64,000 bases of DNA from Amoebophrya sp. A120. Lineage: Eukaryota; Protista; Dinoflagellata. The translations under genes were made by a program, and so were the position numbers. Location: the NCBI GenBank assembly GCA_905178155.1, contig CAJINV010000003.1, forward strand, positions 10,473,732 through 10,537,731. The letters run 5' to 3'. Under the pieces are notes generated by a model. The model searched no databases and was not told where the DNA came from. It saw nothing but the letters and a program-made list of their open reading frames with translations. Shown piece after piece: positions 44,298 through 57,000 of this stretch (its first letter is position 1; every line of letters begins with the position of its first letter).

Positions 44298-47200
44298 GAA
44301 GGGCTCCTGATCTGCTGGTTAGGAGTTCTTCTTCGACGTCGGAAAACATTAACATATCCCCAAAGTCATACGTGCCGAGCCCGTTCTCGTGTCGATACAG
44401 ATCTATCACGAGCAAATACAGTAAGAAAAACAGAGCAATGCTGGACGATGCTTCAATGTCTAGCTTTTGCGTTATATTCTATTTTGTTATATTATATTCT
44501 ATTTATTTCTAAGGAATTAATATTAAATTAAACTGAATGCTGAAGATCATATATGTACCTAAATAGTTTAGCATCATCATCGGCATAATTATGAATAAAA
44601 CTCTGAGAAGATCCGAGTTAGTGACGCGGCCTCGCGACTAGCTCGGGTGTGTAGGCTGGGCGGAGTACCAACAAGTAAGCCAGCAACTGTTGTTGTATAT
44701 GTATTGTTACCTAGTAAGTTTACATATGTTTTGATAGACAGTCGCAGAATGGAAGCAACACCGCCGAAGATATTCACTCTGGTCTGTTACAGCATTTTTC
44801 CTTAGTACCGCTGCGATGCAACAACAACTCAACGAAACCACTGCATAGCAACTTTCTATATTGGTACTGCTACTGAGACTGAATTATTTGCAACAATCCC
44901 ACCCCTGGAGGGAAGGGAAGTCGTGATAAGGGCCTGGCGCCCAGATGTGCTACTAGAGGTAGACGCGGCAAGTCTCGCAAACTACACGGCAAAACGCCGC
45001 TGCTCCTGGTGAGTGATGAAGGGCGGCGCCCGCAATCCAGCGCGTGACCCCTCGCTCCTGGTGCTGGGTGTTCTCTCCTTGAGGAAGAGCCCAGCTCTGG
45101 AAGCTGGTGCGCCTTGTAGTATCATGCTCCTGGCGAGCACTAGGCGCGGCGCCTCGTGGTCTTTGGTGAGTGAGACGGCGGAGGGCTGTCCGCGTGCTTA
45201 ACCTGAACAACACAGCGCCAAACCCTGCCCGGCCATTCCGAGGCGGGCCCCCCCTCTAGCGTGTTGCCGCGTCGTGTGCAAAGATGCCCGGCATGGCGTG
45301 CCCCCCCCGGCCTTGTGCCGACCGTATTAGTGGCGCGCACCGCCGTAAGCCCTAACGCCCTACGTAGCGCACAGGACGCAGCTGGCGGCACTTGCCGAAG
45401 ATCGGTGGAATCGGTGGGGCCTGCGCTATTCTGGAAAGCTTGGGCGGGCACCCTCAGCCCCCTGGTGGGGCCGCGAGACCGTTCGCGGGAGGCGGCGCAA
45501 GAGGCGGCGGGGGCTCCGCCTGCGTGAGCCGCCACCGTCACAGCTTGCGCCCTACATTCTGCCCGCCCGGCAATAGCCGGATGTCAGTGGAGCCGCTCTG
45601 AAAGCGCGCGCCGCTACGCACGTAGCGTCATGATTCCGCGTCGGCGCGCCCTGTCCCTGTGTGCACCTTTGAATAGTGCTGCTAACTATAAAAAGGAGCC
45701 AGTGCTCGAAGCAGGTCCGCACAAAGCGCCCGCTTCCCTTCATGCGCGCTGCTCTCCTTCTGCTTCCACGGCTTGAGGTCGTGCGTCGCGTTGAAGGGTC
45801 TTCCCCCGTCTGGCTCCCACAACCGCGTTGTCGGGCGGATCATTGCGAGTTGAGTATAGCATGGTCAAAGAGCGAGCGCCGCTCCCGCTTCTGTTGGAAA
45901 CAAGAAGCGGATCAAATCCAATTGCAATTATTTATATTTGCAACAAAAAAGAAAAAGAAATAGGAAGAGAAGAAAACGACTATAACTGTATGAAACCATC
46001 AGACGAGACCGGAGCAGGGTCTCGATTTCCAGCGCGCGACTATAATTAAGCTCTGCGAAGAACAACGAGTCGATACATTCCCATTCGTGCCCTCATCTCT
46101 TTGTACCTGCAAGAACAAAACATCGCCTTCTACTATTTGTATTTGTTAATAATTCTTGTTTTCTTTTGTTTCCAGATGCAGATGTGCCGTCGTGTTCAGT
46201 TCGTTCGCTGTTGTGTTTTGTCGTTGAACGGGAGGGCGAGAAGTGGCGCTGCTTGTTGTAGCGGCCGTGGGATTTCAATCCGCGGTATCGTAGCCAGAAC
46301 AAGACAACCGCAGGGAGGTGTTCAGTTACACTTTGGGGCTACTAATTCTATGGGTTCTTTTTTATGTGAGCGTCAGCATGACCATGAGCTCGATAGCACT
46401 AGTAGGAGTCACACAGATAACAGGAAAGATCGTGCTGACTACATCACTTCGGTTCTTGTGTGCAACGTAAGTAATCATGCGAATGCCCGACTTTCATCAT
46501 GTATTAGTATTTGTATGCCAACACCAGCACCATGGCTTCTGTTCAATGTTCCACAAACTACAGGACCTCTACTCTTGTTTTATTCGCATACTTCCCTATC
46601 CCTTCGCAGTAAGGTTGGTCTCAAATAATCTTTTTTTTTCCGTGGTAGATGAACATGTTGTCCTTGGAGTTGGAAGTCCAACGAAGCTGCCCTCGCCGGA
46701 TTGAATATAGTAGATGAAGGCAAGGCAATGCAATGGAAATAAGTAGTTTGAAAGCTGTTGTCTAAATAGAAGTATTAAAGCCGACACGCAGAAACGTAGG
46801 CAGGCTCTACAACATGATACATACCTAGGCTTTCGCTTGCTGCGGCTCTCTTCTGTGGTTGGTGTTGTTTTTGAAACCTGCTTACACGAGCGACGTACAT
46901 CGAAAGCTGCAACAAGTTCCAAAGAGCTTTGAAATAAGAAATACGCAAAGAAGTAGATATGTTGTTGGGCCTACTTCTCTCACAATTATAAAGATCGATG
47001 TGACCGCTACGTATCAACACGCACATCCCTAGTTGATCTATATATTGCTTCTGCTACCCCTACCGCCTACTTCTGCTGATCTTTTAAAAAAGAAAGGAGA
47101 CCCGAGCCGCCTCCTTGTCGTTTTTGTTCCGAAGCAAAGTATTTGAAGCCCGCGTCTCGATGCGCCCTAGGTTTCTACTCTTGCGCGCTTTTATTTATAT

Positions 47201-47554
47201 GCAGCATGATCCGGTACTCAGACTCACGCATTACGAATTAATATACTGATAGTGCACGCACGGCTGGCAGCTGCGCGCTTTATCTTCAAAATTTCAATTT
47301 TACAGTTCCGATGGGGGTCTTACCCGGAAAATGCTTCCTGCGTCGCAGGCTATCTGCGAGCTTAGGCCTCGGCCCTCCGGCAGCTAACCGGACCAGCACA
47401 CAAATTTGGCACAGCATAGTACTCAAGCAGAAAAAGCAACTATGACTTATCATTATGGAAAAGCAACATGAGAATTACTCAAGATTTAAATGTCTTCCCT
47501 TAGAATTACAAGTGCTTCTTTGTCTCGTCAAGTATTTTGATTTACATTGTTATA

Positions 47555-50500
47555 ATGTGGAGCTTTGGTGCGGCCAGTACGTTTTTCGGGAACACTGGGA
47601 ATGGTGGGGGGGCGGGAGGCGGTCCACCTCCTCCTTCTCAAAGTACGAACAACAACAACGCGAATGCAAATTCTACCGCCGGCGCGGCAAGCGGAAACGT
47701 ACCAAATTCGGATGGTGTCTCTGGTGGCTTTTTCTCCTCGGGCTTCAATATGACCTTCGGCTCACCCTTCCACGGCGGAGGCGGAATGAGTTTTGGCCCA
47801 AGCATACTATTAGCTAAAATCCCGCCTCCCTATACTCGAAGATGCCGAAGCTCGTGATGCCCACTTGCGGGCACAAGGAAGTCAACGCTTACGCCCTTGA
47901 GTTGTTGAATAGGGTTGAGCGGAACGCGAGCAGTCTACTTCGCAATCCGCTGACATGCGCTTCCGCCCAAGGTAAGCTGACGACGAGACACCTATCTCTC
48001 ATGCGCCATACCTACAGCACGACTGTTACACACCCAAAGTTGTAGAAGATGTTTAAGAGTGAGGGGCCTGCGGTGCACTGCGACGAGACAAAGCTGCTAT
48101 GTGTCCGCACATGGGCTTGGCAAATTTTTCATTTCAGTATGGAGAGGAAGGATTAGTTTTTCATTCTGATAAATTTCACCGGACCCGGGCGGCAGCGGTG
48201 TTTCGCCTCCTGGGCCCTTTCCTTTTCCAGGATTTCCTCCCGGCTTCAATATGAATGTAGGCGGACCTCCTCCGCAGACGCTATCCTGTACAGAAACGTT
48301 TCCACCCCATAGTCAAGATGGCAAATCTGCTAGACAAATCAGCAAGCTTTGGCTGTTCTTGCGCGTCGAGCTTTGGCTGTTTCGCATAACAAGTTTGGCC
48401 TCGTTGTAGTGTGATCCTGTTGATGATGATGAGCTAGGTAAGCAGCTTCATCACAGACGGACCTAGCACATCGGGCTGGTCGGAGCCTGACAAATTCCGA
48501 AGCACGACAGTGAAATGCTTCTCATGGGGCTCCGCATGAGAAACATTTTCAGCATCATGCAGATTCATTTATATGAGAGTGGGGCGCGGACGTTTTTACA
48601 CAGGATAGACGCACCATTTTCAGCAACATCATCAGCAACACCAGCAAGCGCAGGCTAAGGCGGCCCGACAGCACCATAGCATGCGCACTTCTAACAACGG
48701 TGACGACAATAGGTCCTCCGGGGGATCCACTTTCACTCAAACATGGTCATGGAGCAATGGAAATGGAGGAAATTACGGAAATAACGGACCACCACCCGCT
48801 CCCGCACCGTCGTCTGCAGCTCCTCCAGGTATTACATCTGGATGAAAATTGAACAACTTAAACTTTTCTTCCTCTGATCGTTTTCTGATTTTTAATCTTT
48901 ATGCGATATTCAATTACGACCCAAGTGCAAGTGCATAAAGCTTGAAGTTGTTACTTTCGATTATTTCTGCGTCAAGATATCAACCCCGACCAAAAAACTC
49001 CCCACCACCGAAGGGTCTTCTTCGACACCTTCGCACTCTGCGCGGCAGGAGCGACACCGCGGTAATGCGTACCAGCATCAGCAAGAAGCTACGAGGACCA
49101 CTAGCAGATCCAACGCTAGCTCCTCAGCTTCGTCAAACAGCTCCGCTGCGCGGGGGCGCAGCGGAGCAGAGCCACGCGCACAAGGTGGTCCCGGTCGCCC
49201 GCCACCGAACCGCCAACCCCCGCCTCCCGCCCGGGGGTCCGCCTCAGGAGTCGGAGCGACTTCCGTAAGCCCGTCGAAGGTGGAACGGCTACCGCCGCCC
49301 CGGATCACCGTTCCGGTGGCGATGCGCTCGGAAAGTTGTCCCATCTGTCTGTGTGACTTTCACGAGCAGCCCCCAGAGAAGGCGGAACCAGGGTCGAGCA
49401 ATAGTGGGTTGCCGGCAACGCTCGCGGTTCGATTGCCGTGCCTGCACTATAATAGGGAAGTGAGTTATGATCCAAGGGCTTCTGCTAGCCTTCACCTTCA
49501 GAAAAGTCGCAGTGCCGCGCATCCGTATGATGCGGATTTGCTGGGCTCCTCCGTCCGAAAAGCAACAGAAGCACGCGACGCGATGAGTGGGATCTTTTAG
49601 AGTGATTCTGTTTTTTTTGGTAGGCGTAGTTTGTTTTGCATGATAACTTCCCAGGCAGATTCGCAGGATAGAAAGCGAAAGACAACTGCGGTTTTTTTTA
49701 ATACGTAGCCCGCGGGCCGCACTGCTCATCTCTAAGATCGCTCATTTCTCCCCCATAGGGACATGTTTCATCCCGAGTGTGCGGAGCAGTACCTAGAGGA
49801 GCACCAGACCTGTCCAGTCTGCAAACTCGACTTGCACCCGACACACGTGCACCGGAAGCTACGTCTCCGGGTTGAGGACGTGGGTTCGATGCAAGTTATC
49901 ATGAGGAAAAACGTCCCTAAATCTGCTTAGAGAATATAGACAAGTCAGCTGCGAGTTTTGGCTGTTGCGCATGACAGGTTAGGCGTCCTATTGTATATAG
50001 TGAGGTCACCGAACGGCTCTAGCCAGGGAGTTTTTCTGCAACCAGTGCAAGACCGAAAAGGTCAGCACTCACGAAACCCGACCGAGTTACGATCTTACTA
50101 CGTGCAACGAGGGCGGAGCAACGTCGGGGCTACGTCGTGCTTGTGCGAATGCGGGCGCTATAGTCCATGTAGTTCCTTTCTTCCTTCGTGTTACTGGGGT
50201 AACACTACAAAACTTTAGGGAAAGACTCAGAATGAGTTCGCGCCACACCATGCGGATTCATCTCCGCATGTGGAGGCTTGTAAAGCTCTGACGATGGTAG
50301 TACCATCGGGAAATGGAACATTTGCAGTGCTGAATGATTGATCATCTTCGTGGATCTTCAGTGTGTTTCACACACGACATCAGCGCCGTCGTCATCTTCG
50401 ATTCGTGCCGTTAGGTCGTGACTTTAATGCTGGATATCTGCGATCCACAACCAGACAGCAAAACGACCGGCAGTTTTCTGTCGGCCGGATGTGTTTTGGA

Positions 50501-51765
50501 ACATAAAAAGTTTTTATTTATCAATCGGGCGGGGCCTTGCTCACAACTAAGCCAGAGCGGAGTCTATCGATTGCCGATTGATGGAACGACGCAAGGGAGC
50601 CGGCAAAAGTAGCGCCCTTCTGAGGCGCCCAGCGCACCCATTTTCGTCGATTTGGGGCGCCCAAAAAGGGGCGCCGGAAAAATGTAGAAAAAAGGAAAAC
50701 CGCAAAGCCTCATGGTATAGGCGTCATCTTTGCCTAGTTTTGGCCCTCGTGAAAGCCGCGAACAAAACCAGGCATAGCAGAGGGGGACGAGGGGCAAAAA
50801 GCTGCGCTTTTTAAAACAAAAAAAAACAAAGGCCGGCAAAAGCTGAAAGCCAGTCCCCATGCTATGGGCCCGATTTAGGGGGCTCATAGGGCCGCCCCTG
50901 GAGGAGGCCCAGGGGGGGCATAGCGTGCGGGGAAGCTCTTTCTCTTTGAAAGCAGGAGGGGCGCGACTGTCGGTCGTGTTTTTAGTGGTGCGGCGTGCCA
51001 TGCGGAGTAATGTTATGCGCGACGCTATGATGGACACAAAAAGTAAAAGAGCCATCTTTTTTTTACACTCAAGGAAGGGCGCCGGTCCGAGAGGACGGTC
51101 GCGCCCAGTCAAAAAAACCCAGCGTGACCTCACTACCCCCGCCTCGGCGGCCATAATTGGTGGTCCTGTGTAGGTAGTTCAGCAGCCTGGCAGATCTTGC
51201 GCATGTTGATGCTGGATGGATCATCACAAATTCCGAAACACGACTAGAGAGCGCTCCTTCTCTACTTGGGGCTCCGCATGAGAAGTATTTTCAGCGCGCA
51301 GACTTGCATTACAGCGAGCTATGGGGAGGGGACGTTTTTACATCGGATACAGGTCAAGGAGCTGCGCTACCTCTACGACTACATCGGGATCAAGCCGGAC
51401 AAGAGTTTGGTGGAAAAGCCCGACATCGTTGCCCACATTCTTCGCTCAGGCTGTGTCACAGTCATCACACCGCCGCGTGTAGGTACGGATTTTGCGATTT
51501 TTGCTGCGACGCGGTCAACGTCAGTCTCGATGGTTGTAACGGGTGATCTCCACTGACTTGTCATTTCATCAAAATAAAAATATGTAATAATTGCTCTCTT
51601 TCTTCAATGCTTCGCCGAATGACCTTGACAGATCAACTACCCGTGAAAGAGTTGAAAGTGATGATGCGCACGCTCGGCATTCCCGCCTCTGGGTGCATCA
51701 CAAAGGAGGATCTCGTTACTGCAATCCGGAGGCACCCCTGGGTCGTTTTTGACGCAAATGACTAG
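47555..51765 (+). CDS. RING-H2 zinc-finger protein (putative E3 ligase) with Gly/Pro-rich N-terminus and two C-terminal SAP-like repeats; start uncertain
   Basis: CPICLCDF...LPCL|HMFHPECAEQYLEEHQTCPVCK; MQVKELRYL..IGI...VEKPDIV; LPVKELKVMMRTLGIPASGCITKEDLV; stop TAG at 51763-51765. Confidence 0.88.
47805..48171. mobile_element. TA...TA element with diverged flanks
   Basis: Flanks AAGCA/AATTT; degenerate IR; removing element+5 restores the frame (FGPSSPDPGG). Confidence 0.55.
48282..48607. mobile_element. Introner family A copy
   Basis: TIR TATCCTGTACAGAAACGT / ACGTTTTTACACAGGATA; flanks GACGC/GACGC; join gives PPQTHHFQQ. Confidence 0.9.
48830..48979. mobile_element. TA...TA element
   Basis: Flanks CCAGG/TCAAC; removing element+5 is in frame with the RING exon, whereas the nearby GT..AG pair (48829..48976) is not. 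Confidence 0.7.
49448..49757. mobile_element. TA...TA element interrupting the RING motif
   Basis: IR TATAATAGGGAAGTGAG / CTCATTTCTCCCCCATA; flanks TGCAC/GGGAC; removing 315 nt gives C-L-H-M-F-H. Confidence 0.82.
49897..51349. mobile_element. Introner family A copy with nested repeat; its flanks happen to supply GT-AG
   Basis: TIR TATCATGAGGAAAAACGTCCC / GGGACGTTTTTACATCGGATA; flanks CAAGT/CAGGT; join gives SMQVKELRY. Confidence 0.88.
50455..51155 (+). repeat. Dispersed ~700-bp repeat, copy 2
   Basis: Colinear with 26715-27410. Confidence 0.78.
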
Positions 51766-54075
51766 TAAGGGCCATCATGGCATAGTAGCGAGCTCCTGCG
51801 TGCAACTTGACATGTGACTACCTGTACAAGTTCAGACACAAGTCCTTCTCGCTGGTATCGTCCACATCGCGCTCAGAGAAACTACACCCTGCCTGATAAC
51901 ATCACTCCATTGGCCACGACGATATCGTCCAGCACATAACGCTAGACTCCATTGTCGGTGTTCATCCAGCACATAACGCTAGACTGGCGCGCGGCGTTGG
52001 TGGTTTTGCATTCATTTTTCGCGGAGATAAAATATTTGAAAAGCACGGCCTAGGCACGAACTCGCTTCACAGTCGTACGCTTTTTTTTTGCCATCACTTC
52101 AGCCGAATGGTCGCCGCTAGTGGTCTTGTCGTCCGTTGTGAGTGTCGGGCTACTATGTGTCGTCCGTTGTGAGTGTCGGCAGTATGAATCCCAGGCGGTT
52201 TTATTATTTTCTTCCGGACCACGGACGACATCCACATCACCTCCGCATTTACACTTCCTTTCCGCACTTCATTACCCCGGCCTAGGTACCGTGGCGTCAG
52301 CTTCCGCCCTGCATGGTTTATGCGAACTACATCGTGTGTCGGACTAGCCGACTTGCGACCACCTGCCAGGTTTTCGCACCATCAGAAGTGCGTAACCCGG
52401 TCGACCTGCGAAAAAAAAATTACAGAAGCCGACACGATTATTTTTCCGCTCGTGATGATGATCTGCCACAACTTCCGCGTGTCGTTTCTGCGAGCAAATA
52501 TGTGGCGGATTTGTTTCACGACTTCGCTTCCACGCAATGAAATTGCTACAATGAAACTAACAAGTTTGCTTGGATACGACCGAAGCTGATACATTTAAGT
52601 ACATGCATCGATTTTTCTTGTTCCGACGAGACGGAGACCGACGAGTAACGAAGCTACCTCTTCTGATAACAATGAAAAGCGATGGAGAAAAAGTAAATAA
52701 ATATAGCAATAGATCACCTTCGCGAAAAAGCAAGAGATTTGCGAAAGAACCAAATCGAAATCTAAACTGAGCATGTCCAAATTAATTTTTTCAGAATTTT
52801 GTTGATACTTACCAGCGCAGCGTGAAAGAAGGGGTGTGCAAGACTTTCAGTTCCTCTCGTCTGATGTATTTTTGAGGTAAGCACCGCGCACAGGAGCAAA
52901 CCAAAACGCAGCGGAGCCGAGGATGAAGTCGAAGTAAATAACGACTATGTTGGGGTTGAGGGAATGATTCTGTTCGCGCACGAACAAACCACAGGAAGCA
53001 TATTATTCCCCACCCTGCTGATGTTGTATTAATTTATTCTCGTTGCGTTTCCATGATCTTGATCGCTTCTTCAATAGCTTTTCGTCGGTGACTGAGAAGT
53101 CCTTCGCGTTCGGTTTCGGTCTTCGTCTTCTGCTTTCCCGCGCCGCAAAATTTTTGTTCGTAGTCCTGATGTCGTCGGTGTGACTGTGACCTCGTATGAG
53201 CACTTGCTTTGATTGTCGGTGCATCGTGCCTTGAGCTTGACGATGAATGGTGCTAAAGAGTATCCTTCGCAACGTACTACGTAACTCACAGCGTCTCGCT
53301 CGGTAGACCGCCGACCTCGTTTCTGTGGCCTTTCATCTCGTCCTCCTCGCGTCGCTTACGCTTTCGACTCGTACAAATTCGTGATTTATTATTCATCTTT
53401 GTCTTAGTCTTCAATACAGCGTGACGAAAGCACTGACTTCAAGACAGATGCAATATATATGTGCATTAATTGCAAAAGTAAAACTAAAAGCAATGATGGA
53501 AGCCATCTACTACGTACATCACAGTTCCAAGAAGTTCATAATTCCCCGGGTGGATCTAGCTTCGAAACTCGACAAAACTAAAACTACTACCACTTGAAGC
53601 ATATTTGCGTTGTTTCCTTCGTCAGCTATTCCTTTTTTTGAACTAAAAAATAAACGTCCGCGTACTACTTTTTTGCGAGCCTACGACTTCACCTCCCAAG
53701 AAAGTTTTACCACGACTGCAAATACCGCAGCTGCAAGAAGCAAACAAAGTGAAACTGAGGCGACTTTCACTTTTGCGTGCAATCCAAATACGTGCCAAGG
53801 AGGCGTGAAGACTCTCTTACAAGGATTCCAGTAAAAGCCCGTCGCCACAAATAGTAATAGCGTTTTATTATATATTTGATCATTCATTCACGTTCACCGA
53901 GTTGCAGCTCCGCCTCCGTCTTCTTGCCGTGTTTTCGACCAGCTCGAGCTCCAGCGGCGCACTTTCGAGCACTGGGACGTCCCATAACAGTCGACGAGGA
54001 GGACGATTGATTCCATTTGTTATAGTAGATCTCGACTTCTCTCCGACACTCGAGTCGTCTTCCAGCAGGCACAGC

Positions 54076-57000
54076 ATGTCAAGCGGACCGACTGGTACCA
54101 CACGGCGCTCCCGAGCGCAACGCCGGAAGCAGCTGCAACGCGAGGAGCTGCAGCAGGCCCAAACTTCTACCGCTACTGAAGAAGTGCGCGGCAGTGCTAC
54201 GACCACGTCTACGTCTTCCGGAGCGCCCGGCACCTCCGGGGGCTCGAGCTCTTCCTCTGAAGAAACGGGCAACATGAAGATCAACAACACGACCACGACA
54301 ATTCGCGGGGATCCCCCTGCGCCTGGGCCCAAGCACGAATGGAACGAAACGAAGACTCCGTTGACCGGTCCTTCTTGCTCGACACCGTTGCAGCTTCAGG
54401 GCGGCGCGATGACAAGTGCAGGAAAGAACGATCGTGGGTGGTCTTCTTCCTCAGAGCAGGACGGCTCGTCCTCGACGACCGCTTTGTTGCCGAAAAATGC
54501 GTGTGCTTATCCTGTCGTGCAAAGGTGTCGTATAATTTGTACGTAATTGCTCTTGTTGATAAGTTTGTACTACTGCCTGACAAGAAGAAAGCTAAGCAAG
54601 ACAAACCCAGGTGCTGTCGCTTCTTACTCTTGACGAATGCATCTTCAGCAGTACAACATACCGAATGCTAGTTGCTTATGCTGGAAAAATTTGCATAAAA
54701 TACTATGCAACTAGATGAACTTTGTTCTACGTACTACTACCTCGATAGTGCTTTTGCAATGCATAGCGGTGATGATGGTGCTCTTTTCGCCGAAGCCCAT
54801 GCCGACACGGGAAACACAAACGCCGAGGCGTGCGAGGTTCTTGCTGGTGCGGAAACGACCAGTGACAAGATGGCCTCGAAAACCTTTTCCAGCGGCGCAG
54901 ATGAAGTGACTGGTATCGACGAGGAAAGCACGACACCCATACATAGCACGAGAAAAAATCGAAGTCCAATTTGTGTTGCTGTTGCTACATTTGCGCCAAG
55001 CAAAATTGGATGCTAATATAGGCTGCCGCAACAGCTTGGATGCTATTTTTTTGTCATGCACAATAAAAGAGAATACCAATACACATGCAGTTTCAGTTGC
55101 GCTTAGAAGTCACGGGATGGATAGTATGACGGGAAGGAAAGGACTCCTTTCAAAGGAGTTGGGCATCAAAATAGTTTCTCTTGCTCAGCATTCCGGATAT
55201 CGATGCATAACACTACACAGGAATTCGAGATGTTAGAAATGCATGAGCAGCACTTTCGCTGTATTTTTTTTCCTCCTTTTGTGATATGAGACGGGTGTAT
55301 TTTTTTGTAGGATAAAAAAAACGGGGGGCCAAATTATACGCAAACGCGTTATTGACAAGAACGCCGACTTGGGGCCATTGCTGAGCGGGCGCTACGCTTT
55401 CTTTATGCTGATTTTGTTGTGTCTCATCGCGCTTTTGGCTACTTCATTCGCCATTTGGGAAATGTGCACCTTCCGCTTCAATGGTACTGGTATATATTAT
55501 TATGGCCACCCTGCTGCTGCTCACCTGTTCTCAAGGCTTGAGATAGAAGAGGCTCTTGCACGTCTACTAATATTTGTTTGTTTTATTGTATGCCAGGATC
55601 AGGAGCAGCGTACTCTTCTTCACGTATAGGAATTATTTTTTTGACTATACTCAATTGGCGCCGTTCATCCTGTTCGTTCATATAGAAAATTTCAAATTTT
55701 CGCTGCTTTCGACACACAAAAGTCAAAAGAAAACAGAAACACCCGGACGCAGAAGAGCATCTTTGGCTATACTGCATCTCTAAATCCAGAGTTTTACTGA
55801 CGTTTCTGCAATCGAATAAGATAGAAGATCAAGATGCAGAGATGAGAGTGCCGGCACAATGTATGAAGACTCATAGACAAGACCCGCCGCGACTACTCCT
55901 GTAGTAACCCGCGGCACAGCCCGAAAACTACATGAGGCTATGACTTTTGTGAACGTCCACCACATTTATGTCACGAATAATATATGTATGCCCGGGCAGC
56001 AGCAGGCTAGCGAGCCTGTGAGTCTAGGCTGAGGATGGTCGGGCGGTATTTTATGCCCTGTCCGCCCTCAGCCCTTTAGTGTGCGGTAGCCAGGACTTGA
56101 GAAGATTAGTCAGGACAACCCACCGACTTTCGGGGTGGTATTTGTTTCGCCTGCCCTCCCTCCCAGTTGTTTCAAGGTGGTTGCGTTACCACGGATGGGC
56201 CGCTAAGACCTCGCGCCGCCCTTTTCTTACGGGGTGTGACAGAGGTCCATGTCTTCCATCGCGGGTCAGGTGCTCCATCTCCCTGGGCGCCTCGGCGACG
56301 CGGTGGGGGACTGCTCCCACCGAGCGGTCATCCATTGGGTGGCCCGTCTGCGGTAACTGCATAAAATTACTCATCCCATTAACATTATCTCCATCCCATC
56401 TTCGCAGGTGACGGAGTGAGCATCCCTTTTCCGAGGCAGAAAAGCGTCGAGACACTTCTAGCTCGCCGTGCTGCCAACATTCTTCGTGAAAAGGCTGCGC
56501 AGCCTCAACCGCAGTATGACTCGCTCGGTGGTGGCGATCTTACCTGTTGCAAGAAATCTGACAGGAACAACTTGTCAAGAGCATTACGCTACTTAACAAG
56601 CCACATTTAAATTAAGACACGAAGATGCAAAGGACCTACGGAAATATGCGTCTAACAGGAGGACTTCTAATCTAATGATTAGCTGCTTGTGCTGTTTTGT
56701 GAGTCATCAATGACATTGACAATGACACGCAGCAGCTGCATCCACAAGAGTGCTGCAGATAGCCAGCAAAAATGACGTGCGACGTAGACCAGCGAAAGTA
56801 GGAGCGTCAATGCATTCATCATTTTTAATAAACATAGGACAACATCAAACCTCACCAGACAACAGTTGAGATTGTAAACACACCTTAGCCAGCCATACGC
56901 AGCCCACTGCCGCTGGTGGTTCCGCCCTGGACGTGGCATCGATCGAAAGCGGTGACTCTGCCGTCGTCCACGACGAGGACCGTGGCACGACCGGGGACGG

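Noticed and set aside
48282-48290. TATCCT at element starts resembling the U12 5' splice site
   Set aside because: It is part of the TIR, is not preceded by G/A at the inferred cut, is absent from most elements, and no U12 branch consensus was seen.
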